45,228 nt of DNA from a virus (lineage: Duplodnaviria; Caudoviricetes). The notes under the pieces are model-generated. The model did no database searches. It was not told the origin of the DNA and was given only the letters and a program-made list of their open reading frames with translations. Numbering within the stretch: the stretch's first letter is position 1; each line of letters begins with the position of its first letter. The stretch is from positions 1-45,228 of IMG/VR virus record IMGVR_UViG_3300032305_000487. One strand, 5' to 3'. The translations under genes and the position numbers were made by a program. Below, piece after piece: positions 28,572 through 36,941 of this stretch.

Positions 28572-28742
28572 TTACCTCCAAAAATAAACAAAAATTAATC
28601 CGCAAATAATGAGACTTGTAACCGCAATAAATAATTTATTGTGGCGTGGTTGCTCGGGTGGATACCACCACTTTTGACTCTCGAACGCTTCATTGCACGT
28701 ACGTGGGAACGTACGTGTGGTCGTGTTTAGTTCTTCATTCAT
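28572..28742 (-). CDS. 56-aa protein with C-terminal membrane anchor (not in the ORF track)
   Basis: MNEELNTTTRTFPRTCNEAF...LFIAVTSLIICGLIFVYFWR; fills the gap between neighbours. Confidence 0.6.
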   Translation of the reverse strand: MNEELNTTTRTFPRTCNEAFESQKWWYPPEQPRHNKLFIAVTSLIICGLIFVYFWR

Positions 28743-29202
28743 TGTTAGCCCTCTCTTTGATGTAATACAGCTTGTCGTGTATCTTCATGCCCAGTTCATC
28801 TACCTTCTCGTTAGCATCACTGATACGCAACATGGACACGCTCTCCATTACCCACTGCGGTACGTCTACTTGTGCTAGGTTTTTCTTTATCCTACCTTCA
28901 GAACTTGGCAATGTAAAGTCTACAATATTAAACGTCCCGTCCTCATTGATAGAAACCCTCAATACGTCTTGCGATAGGTTGTCGGCAACCATGCCATGTG
29001 TCAGCATGGTGTACACACGTACTGCGTCATACCAAACACCTGAGTACCGCATGTCTAGGCTAATGGATTGGGACAACGGTGTCGGTGGCATGTCTAGGCT
29101 AATGGATTGGGACAACGGTGTCGGTGCTTCGGGGTGGTTGACCAACCGTTCGTAGTCTTCCCAACTTGTGAACGGCGGTGCGCCGTCCTTCGGAATAATC
29201 AT
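28735..29202 (-). CDS. Hypothetical protein; C-terminal domain similar to that of 29199-30086
   Basis: 155-aa ORF with an internal 13-aa duplication. Confidence 0.65.
   Translation of the reverse strand: MIIPKDGAPPFTSWEDYERLVNHPEAPTPLSQSISLDMPPTPLSQSISLDMRYSGVWYDAVRVYTMLTHGMVADNLSQDVLRVSINEDGTFNIVDFTLPSSEGRIKKNLAQVDVPQWVMESVSMLRISDANEKVDELGMKIHDKLYYIKERANNE
29049..29126. repeat. Perfect 39-bp tandem duplication
   Basis: GCATGTCTAGGCTAATGGATTGGGACAACGGTGTCGGTG at 29049-29087 and 29088-29126. Confidence 0.95.
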
Positions 29203-30086
29203 AGGAACACCCAGTAAGTTGTGCTATCAATCTTCACACCAACGTCCATGATTGGCTTGCCTTTGTTACCGATTTGCAGAACCGATACCTTGTTCATAAT
29301 GTCCTCGGGAACATCGTGTAGGTTGTACACCACTTTGCGCTCTTCACCCTCAATCTGGTACTCAACCTTGTCTTTTTTAGCCCACACAAAACATGACTTA
29401 GGTTTGTAGTTCAAGACATTCTGAATCTCAGCATCTTCTTCCACAATGATGCGTATAGCTTCGGTGAACTCTGTTGTGATTGGCACATACCCAAGGCGCA
29501 CCATGTTGCGCACTTCGTCAATGATTGTGGTACGCCCTACGTTTGAAACCCTGTGCAACTTATCTTGAGACGGGGCGCGTAGTTCAGACATAGCACTGCT
29601 CAATTCGGAACTGTTCTTGTCCTTCATTTCTTCAAACAGCATGGGTTTCAAGAACTGCACGGCGTTCTTTACGGCATTGGTAAAGTTCTTTGTCTTCTTT
29701 GTTTTGTACCCCTTGCTATAGGACGCGAACTTATCATTGGTTATGCGCTCTGATGTAACTGTGTACATCAACTCACCCTGTGCACCACCATCGTTCTCCA
29801 ACCCAATCCTCCCTACTTGAATCTCAGGGCAGTCCTTGTAGGCAATACCTAAGTCAGCAAACACGCGATAGTCTTTGCCGTTGTAGTTACTAGCGTGCGT
29901 ATCGAACCTAACCACAATGTCAGGACGCTTGTGTTTCAACTCGTTGTAGAACTTCAATGTGTTATGTGCTACTGGAATCTCATCGTTAATCCAATGCTTG
30001 TGCCCGTTCTCGCGTGCTTCGTTCACAATGTGCACATACTTATCGTATGGCGTCTTGTCACCTACATAGTCTTCTTTCTTAATCAT
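29199..30086 (-). CDS. Hypothetical early-region protein
   Basis: 295-aa ORF, GGGGGAG RBS. Confidence 0.7.
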   Translation of the reverse strand: MIKKEDYVGDKTPYDKYVHIVNEARENGHKHWINDEIPVAHNTLKFYNELKHKRPDIVVRFDTHASNYNGKDYRVFADLGIAYKDCPEIQVGRIGLENDGGAQGELMYTVTSERITNDKFASYSKGYKTKKTKNFTNAVKNAVQFLKPMLFEEMKDKNSSELSSAMSELRAPSQDKLHRVSNVGRTTIIDEVRNMVRLGYVPITTEFTEAIRIIVEEDAEIQNVLNYKPKSCFVWAKKDKVEYQIEGEERKVVYNLHDVPEDIMNKVSVLQIGNKGKPIMDVGVKIDSTTYWVFL

Positions 30087-30285
30087 GGTTAACTCCCCCC
30101 TTAATACTGGTTATTCTTGCCTTCGTAATGACCGCTTTTGCAAGCAAGTCATACAACTTCAACGCACTACCTTCATCTAGCTCCTGCCTGTCGGCAACTG
30201 TTAACAACTCTTGGACGGTTGTTTCTATGTACGCCAGCCCGCGCCGACGTTCCTCTGAACTCATCTCCCTTAAATATCTTGCCAT
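30079..30285 (-). CDS. Hypothetical protein
   Basis: 68-aa ORF with GGGAG RBS. Confidence 0.6.
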   Translation of the reverse strand: MARYLREMSSEERRRGLAYIETTVQELLTVADRQELDEGSALKLYDLLAKAVITKARITSIKGGVNHD

Positions 30286-30288
30286 GTT

Positions 30289-31263
30289 TTACTCCCTGTA
30301 GTTATTGAAGAAAGGTGTGCCGATTGGTACACTCTCTCGTCTAAACGGACGCGCTAGTCGATACAACTTCTCATTGCGTTTGTACTTCTCACGCAATGAC
30401 TCTGCGGTAGGCACTACGTGCTTACTCGACCGTATGTTTGAGTTTGCGTCCCATTCGGTTTTGTACCAAGTATGTTTGACCAAAAGCGCATGGATACCAT
30501 CGACCCAACGCTCACCATACTCTTCACCATCTTTTCGTGAAAGCCAATCGTAGTCTTGTAAATAGTTGGTCGCGCTATCTTTCTTTTTCCATGACACAGC
30601 GCCTTCGACATCGGGGTCAAACCCAAGCAAGTCAGCCATTGGTTGAAAGTAATTTAAGAACGCTTTGAAGTCTTCACGCACTATCTTGGCTCTGTCGCGG
30701 TCTAGCACTACCTTTGATTCTTGCACTACGCCATGTGTTGGCTTGTAGTATTTAACGCCGTTGCTTTCGTACGGTACGAAAGTCATATCCAACCCGTTGT
30801 TGAAGTAATACATCGGCTCTTGCCCATCGGGTTGTGCGCACTTGTAATACATCTTAGAACCATACTTCACAAACTTAATACTCTCAGGCAATAACGCTGA
30901 AATTGTTTGGTATGTGGAGTAACTATACATATAGGTTGGCGTCAGGCGTAACGCACCATGCTCGTTAATCATTAGCAACGGCTTGACGTCATCGGTGAAC
31001 CCAGACAACTCATGCTTTTTTGTAGTTGGGTTTAATTCGTGTGCGCGGTAGATAGAACGAAACGCCATACCTACCCACCCATCTTTCTCGTACCAAGTCT
31101 CCCAAGTGCGTGCGCGTTTGCTCAATGGTCGGCAGTCAACGCCGAACTTCTTCTTAGTTCCCTGTATTGGTTTGGTTGTGTCGTACAGCTTCTTGGTAGT
31201 TGCGTAGTCCACCATGCGAATGTTGTACCCGTAAAAATGTTGTGCGTTGTATTCGTTTGCCAT
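30289..31263 (-). CDS. Hypothetical early-region protein
   Basis: 324-aa ORF with GAGGA RBS; contains one copy of the 17-bp palindrome. Confidence 0.7.
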   Translation of the reverse strand: MANEYNAQHFYGYNIRMVDYATTKKLYDTTKPIQGTKKKFGVDCRPLSKRARTWETWYEKDGWVGMAFRSIYRAHELNPTTKKHELSGFTDDVKPLLMINEHGALRLTPTYMYSYSTYQTISALLPESIKFVKYGSKMYYKCAQPDGQEPMYYFNNGLDMTFVPYESNGVKYYKPTHGVVQESKVVLDRDRAKIVREDFKAFLNYFQPMADLLGFDPDVEGAVSWKKKDSATNYLQDYDWLSRKDGEEYGERWVDGIHALLVKHTWYKTEWDANSNIRSSKHVVPTAESLREKYKRNEKLYRLARPFRRESVPIGTPFFNNYRE

Positions 31264-31290
31264 AAAGTCCTCGCTTTCTTGATACCTGTA

Positions 31291-32466
31291 TTAACTAACA
31301 TAGATTGCTTTGCCGACTGACGGCGTAGGCTTGTACCCACCTGTGATAGCCCAAAGAACGGGGTGTTCCCATGTACCCCACCCACCAACATATCCATCGG
31401 TGAGCACTACGACACACTCCGGCTTGAGTCCTTTGTCTTTGATGTATGCGGGAATACATGATGGGTCAGTACCCCCACCACCTTCGGGCTTCGTAGACTT
31501 AACCAAGTCACCCAACTTGTCGCGTCCATATATCTCATGCGATGCCACCTCTGTATCCCAATACAGCAAGTCAACTAACTCAGGTTGCACATTGATACAG
31601 ATAGCCTGTACCTCTGACAAGAACTCGTTGAGTGCTTCACCACCGATAGAACCCGATGTGTCGATAGCGATGACGATGCGCCCCATAGATTCTGATAGCG
31701 TGCTTGGCATATACATGTCGTGTTGCAACCAACGACGATTGACCTTCTGCCATGTGGATATATCTTTACCATCGGCTAGTGAGTTGATGTAGTCGCGTAA
31801 CTGCTCACGCCAATCAACCTTGGGCTCGACTAACTCACCCAATGCTCGTGACTGATTGCCACCCATCTTTCCCGCCATGAGTTGCCCCTGACGGATAGCT
31901 TGATTGACTTCCTTGATGTGCTCTTCAATTTCTTTCTGAGTCATACCCGATGGAGTCCAGTCATGCGAATCTAAACCCGCACCTTCATCACCGTCACCAC
32001 CCTCACCATGTCCTTCTTCTCTCAGTATGTCAAACACTTCTTGTGAGTTCATGTCACGGAAACGCTCATCAAGTAGTCCGACCTTGGGCAATGTCACGAA
32101 CCCACGCGATGCTTGGGATATATCGTAGATGATTAGGTTAATCACATAGTCACACGCCATGTTTGCGCATCGTGCGTTCTCTTCATACAAGTGACGCCAC
32201 AAGAATGTATGTTGGAATGTCTTGTGAAGATTCTCGTGCATGATGAGTCCACGCAAGTCGCTGTCCGATAAGTCACCTATAAACTTACTGCCATACATAC
32301 AGTCGATGCCGTTGGTACAAGCAGTAGGTACATCGTCCGACACCTTGTACTTCCCGACCATGATGATGCTTGCATACTCCATAGTATCTTTGTGTGCCAT
32401 GAGTTCAACATGGGCTCGCTCAATCCGCTTGATAGCGGGTAGTGCTTGGGTTGCTGTTACAAACAT
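31291..32466 (-). CDS. HExxH metallopeptidase-like plus vWA domain protein (DUF2201-like)
   Basis: PTACTNG, IMHENLH, NMACDYVIN; acidic Gly linker; MIDAS IDTSGS, GGGTD, LTDG. Confidence 0.88.
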   Translation of the reverse strand: MFVTATQALPAIKRIERAHVELMAHKDTMEYASIIMVGKYKVSDDVPTACTNGIDCMYGSKFIGDLSDSDLRGLIMHENLHKTFQHTFLWRHLYEENARCANMACDYVINLIIYDISQASRGFVTLPKVGLLDERFRDMNSQEVFDILREEGHGEGGDGDEGAGLDSHDWTPSGMTQKEIEEHIKEVNQAIRQGQLMAGKMGGNQSRALGELVEPKVDWREQLRDYINSLADGKDISTWQKVNRRWLQHDMYMPSTLSESMGRIVIAIDTSGSIGGEALNEFLSEVQAICINVQPELVDLLYWDTEVASHEIYGRDKLGDLVKSTKPEGGGGTDPSCIPAYIKDKGLKPECVVVLTDGYVGGWGTWEHPVLWAITGGYKPTPSVGKAIYVS

Positions 32467-32495
32467 TTGATTTCCTTTCTTTCGTACCGTACGAA

Positions 32496-33575
32496 TTACT
32501 TACGGGCAAACAGATAGTTGTTATCTGCCGCCCACTTAGCGAACATGGGGTTAGTTGCCGCGACTGCACGCTTGGGGCACATGTCACTCATCACGCTTCG
32601 TGCAAACAAACCTTGCGATTCCTTGCTCATGCGTGGTAAGAACTGCATCCATGCGTCCATCGTCACCTTCTCAATACGCTGTACCGCTTTGGCTATCAAC
32701 ATACACGCCGCCGCCGCACTCGTTGGCACAGTAGCAGTTGTTGGTGATTTGATTAGGTCGTCCCATGAAGTGAGCTGAGTATCCAATGTCACCATCGTCA
32801 ACATGTTGTGCATAGCCTTCTCACCGACCGTACCCTTCAACGCATGGCACATGATGTCGTTGCCAAGAATCATTGTGTCGTTGATAACATCTGAGGACGC
32901 TTCCAATGAGCGTGGTGTAACAACCGCCATACGAACATCTCGTGGGTCATTGATATACATGTTCTGCTCAGGCTTCTCGTAGTCCTCGAACGATGCCAAC
33001 ATCTCAGGAAACTCTTGGATAGTCGCAATGACAATCGGATTCCAGTTGTTGTTGATTGCATAGGTAATCAACTCCTCTGCGTTGGGCTTACCCACTCGTG
33101 TCTGAATCACACGGTTGCGAGCATGTGGCGGTACATTGTCACCAATACCCTCGACACTCAAGTTAGTAGTGGCGAACACAATACCGTCCAAGTCATACAC
33201 ACCAAGCGAACGCTCTTGCATAAGTCGTAGACATGCGTTCATCACGCCACCCTTAGCCTTGCCCAACTCATCGAGCATCATCACAATCTTCTTGCCCTTG
33301 AAGTGCAAGCCAAACTCTTCGTTGGGTACAAAGCGACACACCTCGTTGCCGTCAATGTCCTTAATCTTTGGCACCATGAAGTCGCCCACATCTTTCGTTG
33401 TGATGTCAACATAGCAAAAGAAGTAGTCCTTCAACTCAGGTTTGTTACGCAACATCTTGAGGATTGATGACTTACCAATACCCATCTCACCTTGCGCTAA
33501 GACAGTCCGCTTGTGACCGACCGCCAAGATTAGGTCAGCCGTTTGTTGCAGAGATAAAGATTTATATAAAGACAT
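32496..33575 (-). CDS. MoxR-type AAA+ ATPase
   Basis: Walker A GEMGIGKS, Walker B MMLDE, sensor FATTN, RNR arginine finger, TPRS sensor II. Confidence 0.88.
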   Translation of the reverse strand: MSLYKSLSLQQTADLILAVGHKRTVLAQGEMGIGKSSILKMLRNKPELKDYFFCYVDITTKDVGDFMVPKIKDIDGNEVCRFVPNEEFGLHFKGKKIVMMLDELGKAKGGVMNACLRLMQERSLGVYDLDGIVFATTNLSVEGIGDNVPPHARNRVIQTRVGKPNAEELITYAINNNWNPIVIATIQEFPEMLASFEDYEKPEQNMYINDPRDVRMAVVTPRSLEASSDVINDTMILGNDIMCHALKGTVGEKAMHNMLTMVTLDTQLTSWDDLIKSPTTATVPTSAAAACMLIAKAVQRIEKVTMDAWMQFLPRMSKESQGLFARSVMSDMCPKRAVAATNPMFAKWAADNNYLFARK

Positions 33576-33655
33576 GTGATTCCCCTTTCAAAGGATTGGA
33601 TTAAAAAACAAAAAACAAATCAACTTTCGTACGGTACGAAACCGTACGATGAAAC

Positions 33656-34525
33656 TCACATCGAAAACTTGTCAAGCATGGCGTCAACCTTCTGCTTGGT
33701 CTGCTCTCGTGTTAAGTCACTCTCACGCAATACCGATGCGTCAATGCCACGCATGGTTTCCTCCAACTCCATACGCATAGCTTCCATGCGTACATCACCA
33801 GTGATATTGAAGTGGCGCAACAACCCACAAACTTCTATAGCGTTCTCAACTAATGAGTCCCTGAATATCTTGCGCTTGCCATCTTCTGTATCAGACAGTC
33901 GCTCACTCATGCGAGTCAGCACATCGTGCAACCTATCCCACGCATCTTGCATGGCGTCATTCACACGGGTACTCAACACATCTTCGTAGTGCTGTTTCAT
34001 CTCGCGCAGTCCTTCTTCACCAATGTCTACACGGAAGTCACCCGCAGTAGGTAGTGGCGTGAACGCATAGCGAAACCCAAACTTACTAACCACTTGCTCA
34101 CGCAAGGGGTAGTCCTCACGATTAAACAAGTCACCCAGTTGGAAAGCGGCGGACGATACAAGCGTGTCGTACTCATTCAAGAACGCGTTGACAGATGTAG
34201 TGAACTGTTGCTCGTACTCAGTCAGTCGTGATTTGTAGTCAATGAATGTCACCATGTTCAACACCCTGTCACCGTTGTCACCCCAAGGTTGCGTCACCGT
34301 GTAGTGCCATGTACGCACAGCGTTTGCCACCTTGGTTATCTCCTCCAACTTGCCCGAACCCGCCAACAAGTTCTTGTGGTAGTTACCCGCCCGAGTCTTA
34401 GTCGAGTTCTGTTGGTCAACCGCTTCGCTCACCCGCTTGTCCAACTTGCGCCCCGTCCATACAGACAACGACAAGTTAACGATGAGGGCAGAGCCCGACA
34501 ATTTAGATACAACAACTTCTTCCAT
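33656..34525 (-). CDS. DUF3150-like protein
   Basis: LIVNLSLSVWTGRKLD N terminus, long helical body, DYP....V..KF.F motif; position next to AAA+ and vWA genes. ATG at 34525 follows the RBS AAAGGGA. Confidence 0.6.
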   Translation of the reverse strand: MEEVVVSKLSGSALIVNLSLSVWTGRKLDKRVSEAVDQQNSTKTRAGNYHKNLLAGSGKLEEITKVANAVRTWHYTVTQPWGDNGDRVLNMVTFIDYKSRLTEYEQQFTTSVNAFLNEYDTLVSSAAFQLGDLFNREDYPLREQVVSKFGFRYAFTPLPTAGDFRVDIGEEGLREMKQHYEDVLSTRVNDAMQDAWDRLHDVLTRMSERLSDTEDGKRKIFRDSLVENAIEVCGLLRHFNITGDVRMEAMRMELEETMRGIDASVLRESDLTREQTKQKVDAMLDKFSM

Positions 34526-34595
34526 TTGATTCCCTTTCGTACGGTACGAAACCGCGTTTGATTTACTTACACACAATACTAACTAACAAGCCTAT

Positions 34596-34624
34596 ATTAT
34601 AATAGCTTTACACAGGCTTGTCAA
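34596..34624 (-). promoter_or_regulatory. Perfect consensus sigma70 promoter
   Basis: TTGACA-AGCCTGTGTAAAGCTAT (17 nt)-TATAAT on the minus strand. Confidence 0.9.
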
Positions 34625-34636
34625 GTCCTACTATCT

Positions 34637-34861
34637 TTAATCCCTCAACATCTTTTGGTTTGTTTGTTTTAGGGTCTTGCTCGCTGCCGCTTGTGTAACG
34701 AACATGTACCCACCCTTGCCGTACTCTTGCACCACAGTCCACGACTTGCGTTCTGCCCGTGCTTGGTCTTCGCCACAAAACAGACAGCACTTGTACCCAA
34801 GTTGCCACCGTGCTTCGGGGAAGTCGTCACCACACACATTGCATTCTTTCCATTGGCTCAT
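34637..34861 (-). CDS. Small zinc-finger protein
   Basis: CNVCG...CCLFCG; AAGGAGAG RBS. Confidence 0.65.
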   Translation of the reverse strand: MSQWKECNVCGDDFPEARWQLGYKCCLFCGEDQARAERKSWTVVQEYGKGGYMFVTQAAASKTLKQTNQKMLRD

Positions 34862-35205
34862 GCGTACTCTCCTTTGTTTGCTCTTTCAACTAAACCTACA
34901 CCACCACATATGGCGAGCACATTCATGTCCTCCACACCACACTTCACAGTCGGCACACCTGTCGGTCTGCATTGGGTAAGGTGCTTGCTTGTCGTTCGGC
35001 TGAACTTGCTTGCGTTCTCGTACCATGTATCGGCGTGCTCGTCATACACAAAGAGGGGCCATGTGTATCGGTAAGAGTAGACAACATACAACTTGTTGTC
35101 GTATGCGTTCTGCCCCCACTCACCCCACACATTGCTACCTCTGAACGGACGGCGCTCGTCCACCATGTCCCTAGCCTTGCCGTTTGCAATCATCTTGATG
35201 CTCAT
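34858..35205 (-). CDS. Hypothetical early protein
   Basis: Aromatic-rich, YVVYSY...WYEN..KFSRTTSKH; start 35205 or 35232. Confidence 0.65.
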   Translation of the reverse strand: MSIKMIANGKARDMVDERRPFRGSNVWGEWGQNAYDNKLYVVYSYRYTWPLFVYDEHADTWYENASKFSRTTSKHLTQCRPTGVPTVKCGVEDMNVLAICGGVGLVERANKGEYA

Positions 35206-35222
35206 ATAGTTCCCCTGTTTAG

Positions 35223-35399
35223 TTACTTCCATTCTTGTCTTTCAAGTTTCAAGCGGTCACGCTCTGCAATCTGTGCCTTGGCTTTCGTACCGTACGAATA
35301 TTCTCGGTTGTTTTCCTTGCCCACGAACATGCCAACCCACAACATCTTGTGCTGTGTGTGTTTGCGGTTAGTCTCTTTACGCTCTAATTTATTCTGCAT
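35223..35399 (-). CDS. Small basic hypothetical protein containing a palindrome copy (SYGTK)
   Basis: ATG at 35399 with AAGGAG RBS. Confidence 0.5.
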   Translation of the reverse strand: MQNKLERKETNRKHTQHKMLWVGMFVGKENNREYSYGTKAKAQIAERDRLKLERQEWK

Positions 35400-35559
35400 C
35401 ACCATCTCCTTTTTCATTGAGGGCAACCCATGCAACTGCACCTGTGAGCGCACCCGCAAACACCAGCCCCGCTTCAAACAACCAACCACCTCTGTCGTGG
35501 CATAACACCAACATAACAAAAGCCATCATCAAGTACACCATCATTTCAACTTTGCTCAT
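35389..35559 (-). CDS. 56-aa two-helix membrane protein (not in the ORF track)
   Basis: MSKVEMMVYLMMAFVMLVLC...LFEAGLVFAGALTGAVAWVAL; AAGGAG RBS, ATGA overlap. Confidence 0.6.
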   Translation of the reverse strand: MSKVEMMVYLMMAFVMLVLCHDRGGWLFEAGLVFAGALTGAVAWVALNEKGDGDAE

Positions 35560-35804
35560 TTTGTTTCTCCTTTAATACCGCGCATGGCGGCGTAAGTTAC
35601 AGCGTCCAACTCATCGTCCCTAAAATAATCCCGTGTGTCCTCGTGCATACGCCCCGCTTTCACAATGTCATTCAAGAACATCACGCGTTTGTATAGCGCG
35701 TCCATGAACTCGGGGTGTAGCGTTTCCACGGCTTGCCAAAAGTTGTTGGTCTTGCCGAGCACCAACAAGCCCGCCATCTCGTCCATATCTAATTCGATTT
35801 TCAT
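35556..35804 (-). CDS. Hypothetical protein
   Basis: 82-aa ORF, AAGGA RBS, ATGA overlap. Confidence 0.6.
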   Translation of the reverse strand: MKIELDMDEMAGLLVLGKTNNFWQAVETLHPEFMDALYKRVMFLNDIVKAGRMHEDTRDYFRDDELDAVTYAAMRGIKGETK

Positions 35805-36076
35805 TTGATTAGTCCTTTCTCATACATTTGTTTAATCATCGTGCCGTGAATGATTGAGTACCCACGCTTGTGCCCTTCGTCACGCATCCAATGAATCTCG
35901 CCCTCGTTGGTCAGGTCAAACTCACCCGCTGAGTAGCAACAGAAATGAATGGCAATCTCAAACGAATCAGACGAATCGAACCATTTGCCCTCAGCGTCTA
36001 CGCACCCATAGAAGTCCAACTTATCAGCGTAGTACCGCTCATACTTTTTAAATTCTTCCCATGTTTTCATCGCCAT
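35801..36076 (-). CDS. Hypothetical protein
   Basis: 91-aa ORF, AAGGGAG RBS. Confidence 0.6.
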   Translation of the reverse strand: MAMKTWEEFKKYERYYADKLDFYGCVDAEGKWFDSSDSFEIAIHFCCYSAGEFDLTNEGEIHWMRDEGHKRGYSIIHGTMIKQMYEKGLIK

Positions 36077-36417
36077 ACTCCCTTCATGCTGTCTACCTTG
36101 CCCTTGGCTTTCGTACCGTACGAAAACTCAGGCACATACCAAACATACAGTCCGTTCTCATTCAGCAACATCTTGTCTGTATACACCTCATCAAGACTGT
36201 CTTTGTCCATCTTGATTATTTTGTCCGCTGAGGGTATGCGCACGATGTAATCGTTCACCCCCTTAATTACTGTCGTGCTTGGTACGCCCGACAAGTGCGC
36301 CCACTTCTTAGCCAGCATGACCATGCTCATGCGTGATGAGCGGTCAGGCAGTTTTATCGTGGTGCGTTTCACCGTGGCGTTGGTGTCGCTGTTTATCAGT
36401 TCTAAATTGAGTCGCAT
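36067..36417 (-). CDS. Hypothetical protein, first gene after the 36.5-kb promoter; contains a palindrome copy (SYGTK)
   Basis: 116-aa ORF, AAAGGGA RBS. Confidence 0.6.
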   Translation of the reverse strand: MRLNLELINSDTNATVKRTTIKLPDRSSRMSMVMLAKKWAHLSGVPSTTVIKGVNDYIVRIPSADKIIKMDKDSLDEVYTDKMLLNENGLYVWYVPEFSYGTKAKGKVDSMKGVWR

Positions 36418-36511
36418 GGTTTCCCTTTCTGTTGACCCTTACACATCGGGCTTTCGTACCGTACGAAAGTTGCCGAGTCACTCGAAACGCTTTTATTCCG
36501 AATGAGCCTTA

Positions 36512-36540
36512 ATTATAAGGGATTTACATGGTCTTGTCAA
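36512..36540 (-). promoter_or_regulatory. Perfect consensus sigma70 promoter
   Basis: TTGACA-AGACCATGTAAATCCCT (17 nt)-TATAAT on the minus strand. Confidence 0.9.
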
Positions 36541-36612
36541 GTTGTTACTAGGTGGTATAGGGGGGTATATCCTCTTAATAGTTCTTCAATGTTCTAGGGG
36601 GTGGAATAAAAT

Positions 36613-36625
36613 TAAGTCATTGATT
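36613..36625. promoter_or_regulatory. IHF consensus site
   Basis: TAAGTCATTGATT matches YAANNNNTTGATW. Confidence 0.6.
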
Positions 36626-36830
36626 GGTAAGGCTTTTTTGGGATGTTTGGGTGCATTATTCTAATATTCCGTGATTTTGGGAATTTGAGCGAGACAAAAC
36701 AAAGGAAGAGAAAATTCGCAGAAATGCTTTCGTACAGTACGAAAGTTGGTACGGTTAAGCAGATAAAAAATTTAGACTGTATATATATTTATTTTATAGA
36801 ATAATAGAATAATAGGGAATTTTGCTGTGC

Positions 36831-36843
36831 TAAGTTGTTGATT
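36831..36843. promoter_or_regulatory. IHF consensus site
   Basis: TAAGTTGTTGATT matches YAANNNNTTGATW. Confidence 0.6.
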
Positions 36844-36941
36844 TAAAAGGCTTTTGTTTTATTCTCGTATGCAGAATATTGCAGAACTAAATAGAGGATA
36901 TACCGACTTGCAACAACTTGAACCATCTTGACGCTAAACGC

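Larger units (their letters stand above)
36538..36920. other. AT-rich dyad-symmetric element, candidate replication origin
   Basis: Three nested inverted-repeat pairs and two IHF-consensus blocks, all symmetric about 36734, with a palindrome copy centred at 36736. Confidence 0.6.

Noticed and set aside
28696-28717. CACGTACGTG / ACGTACGT palindromes as members of the 17-bp family
   Set aside because: They lack the TTCGTAC arms and are explained by the TRTFPRT codons of a small ORF.
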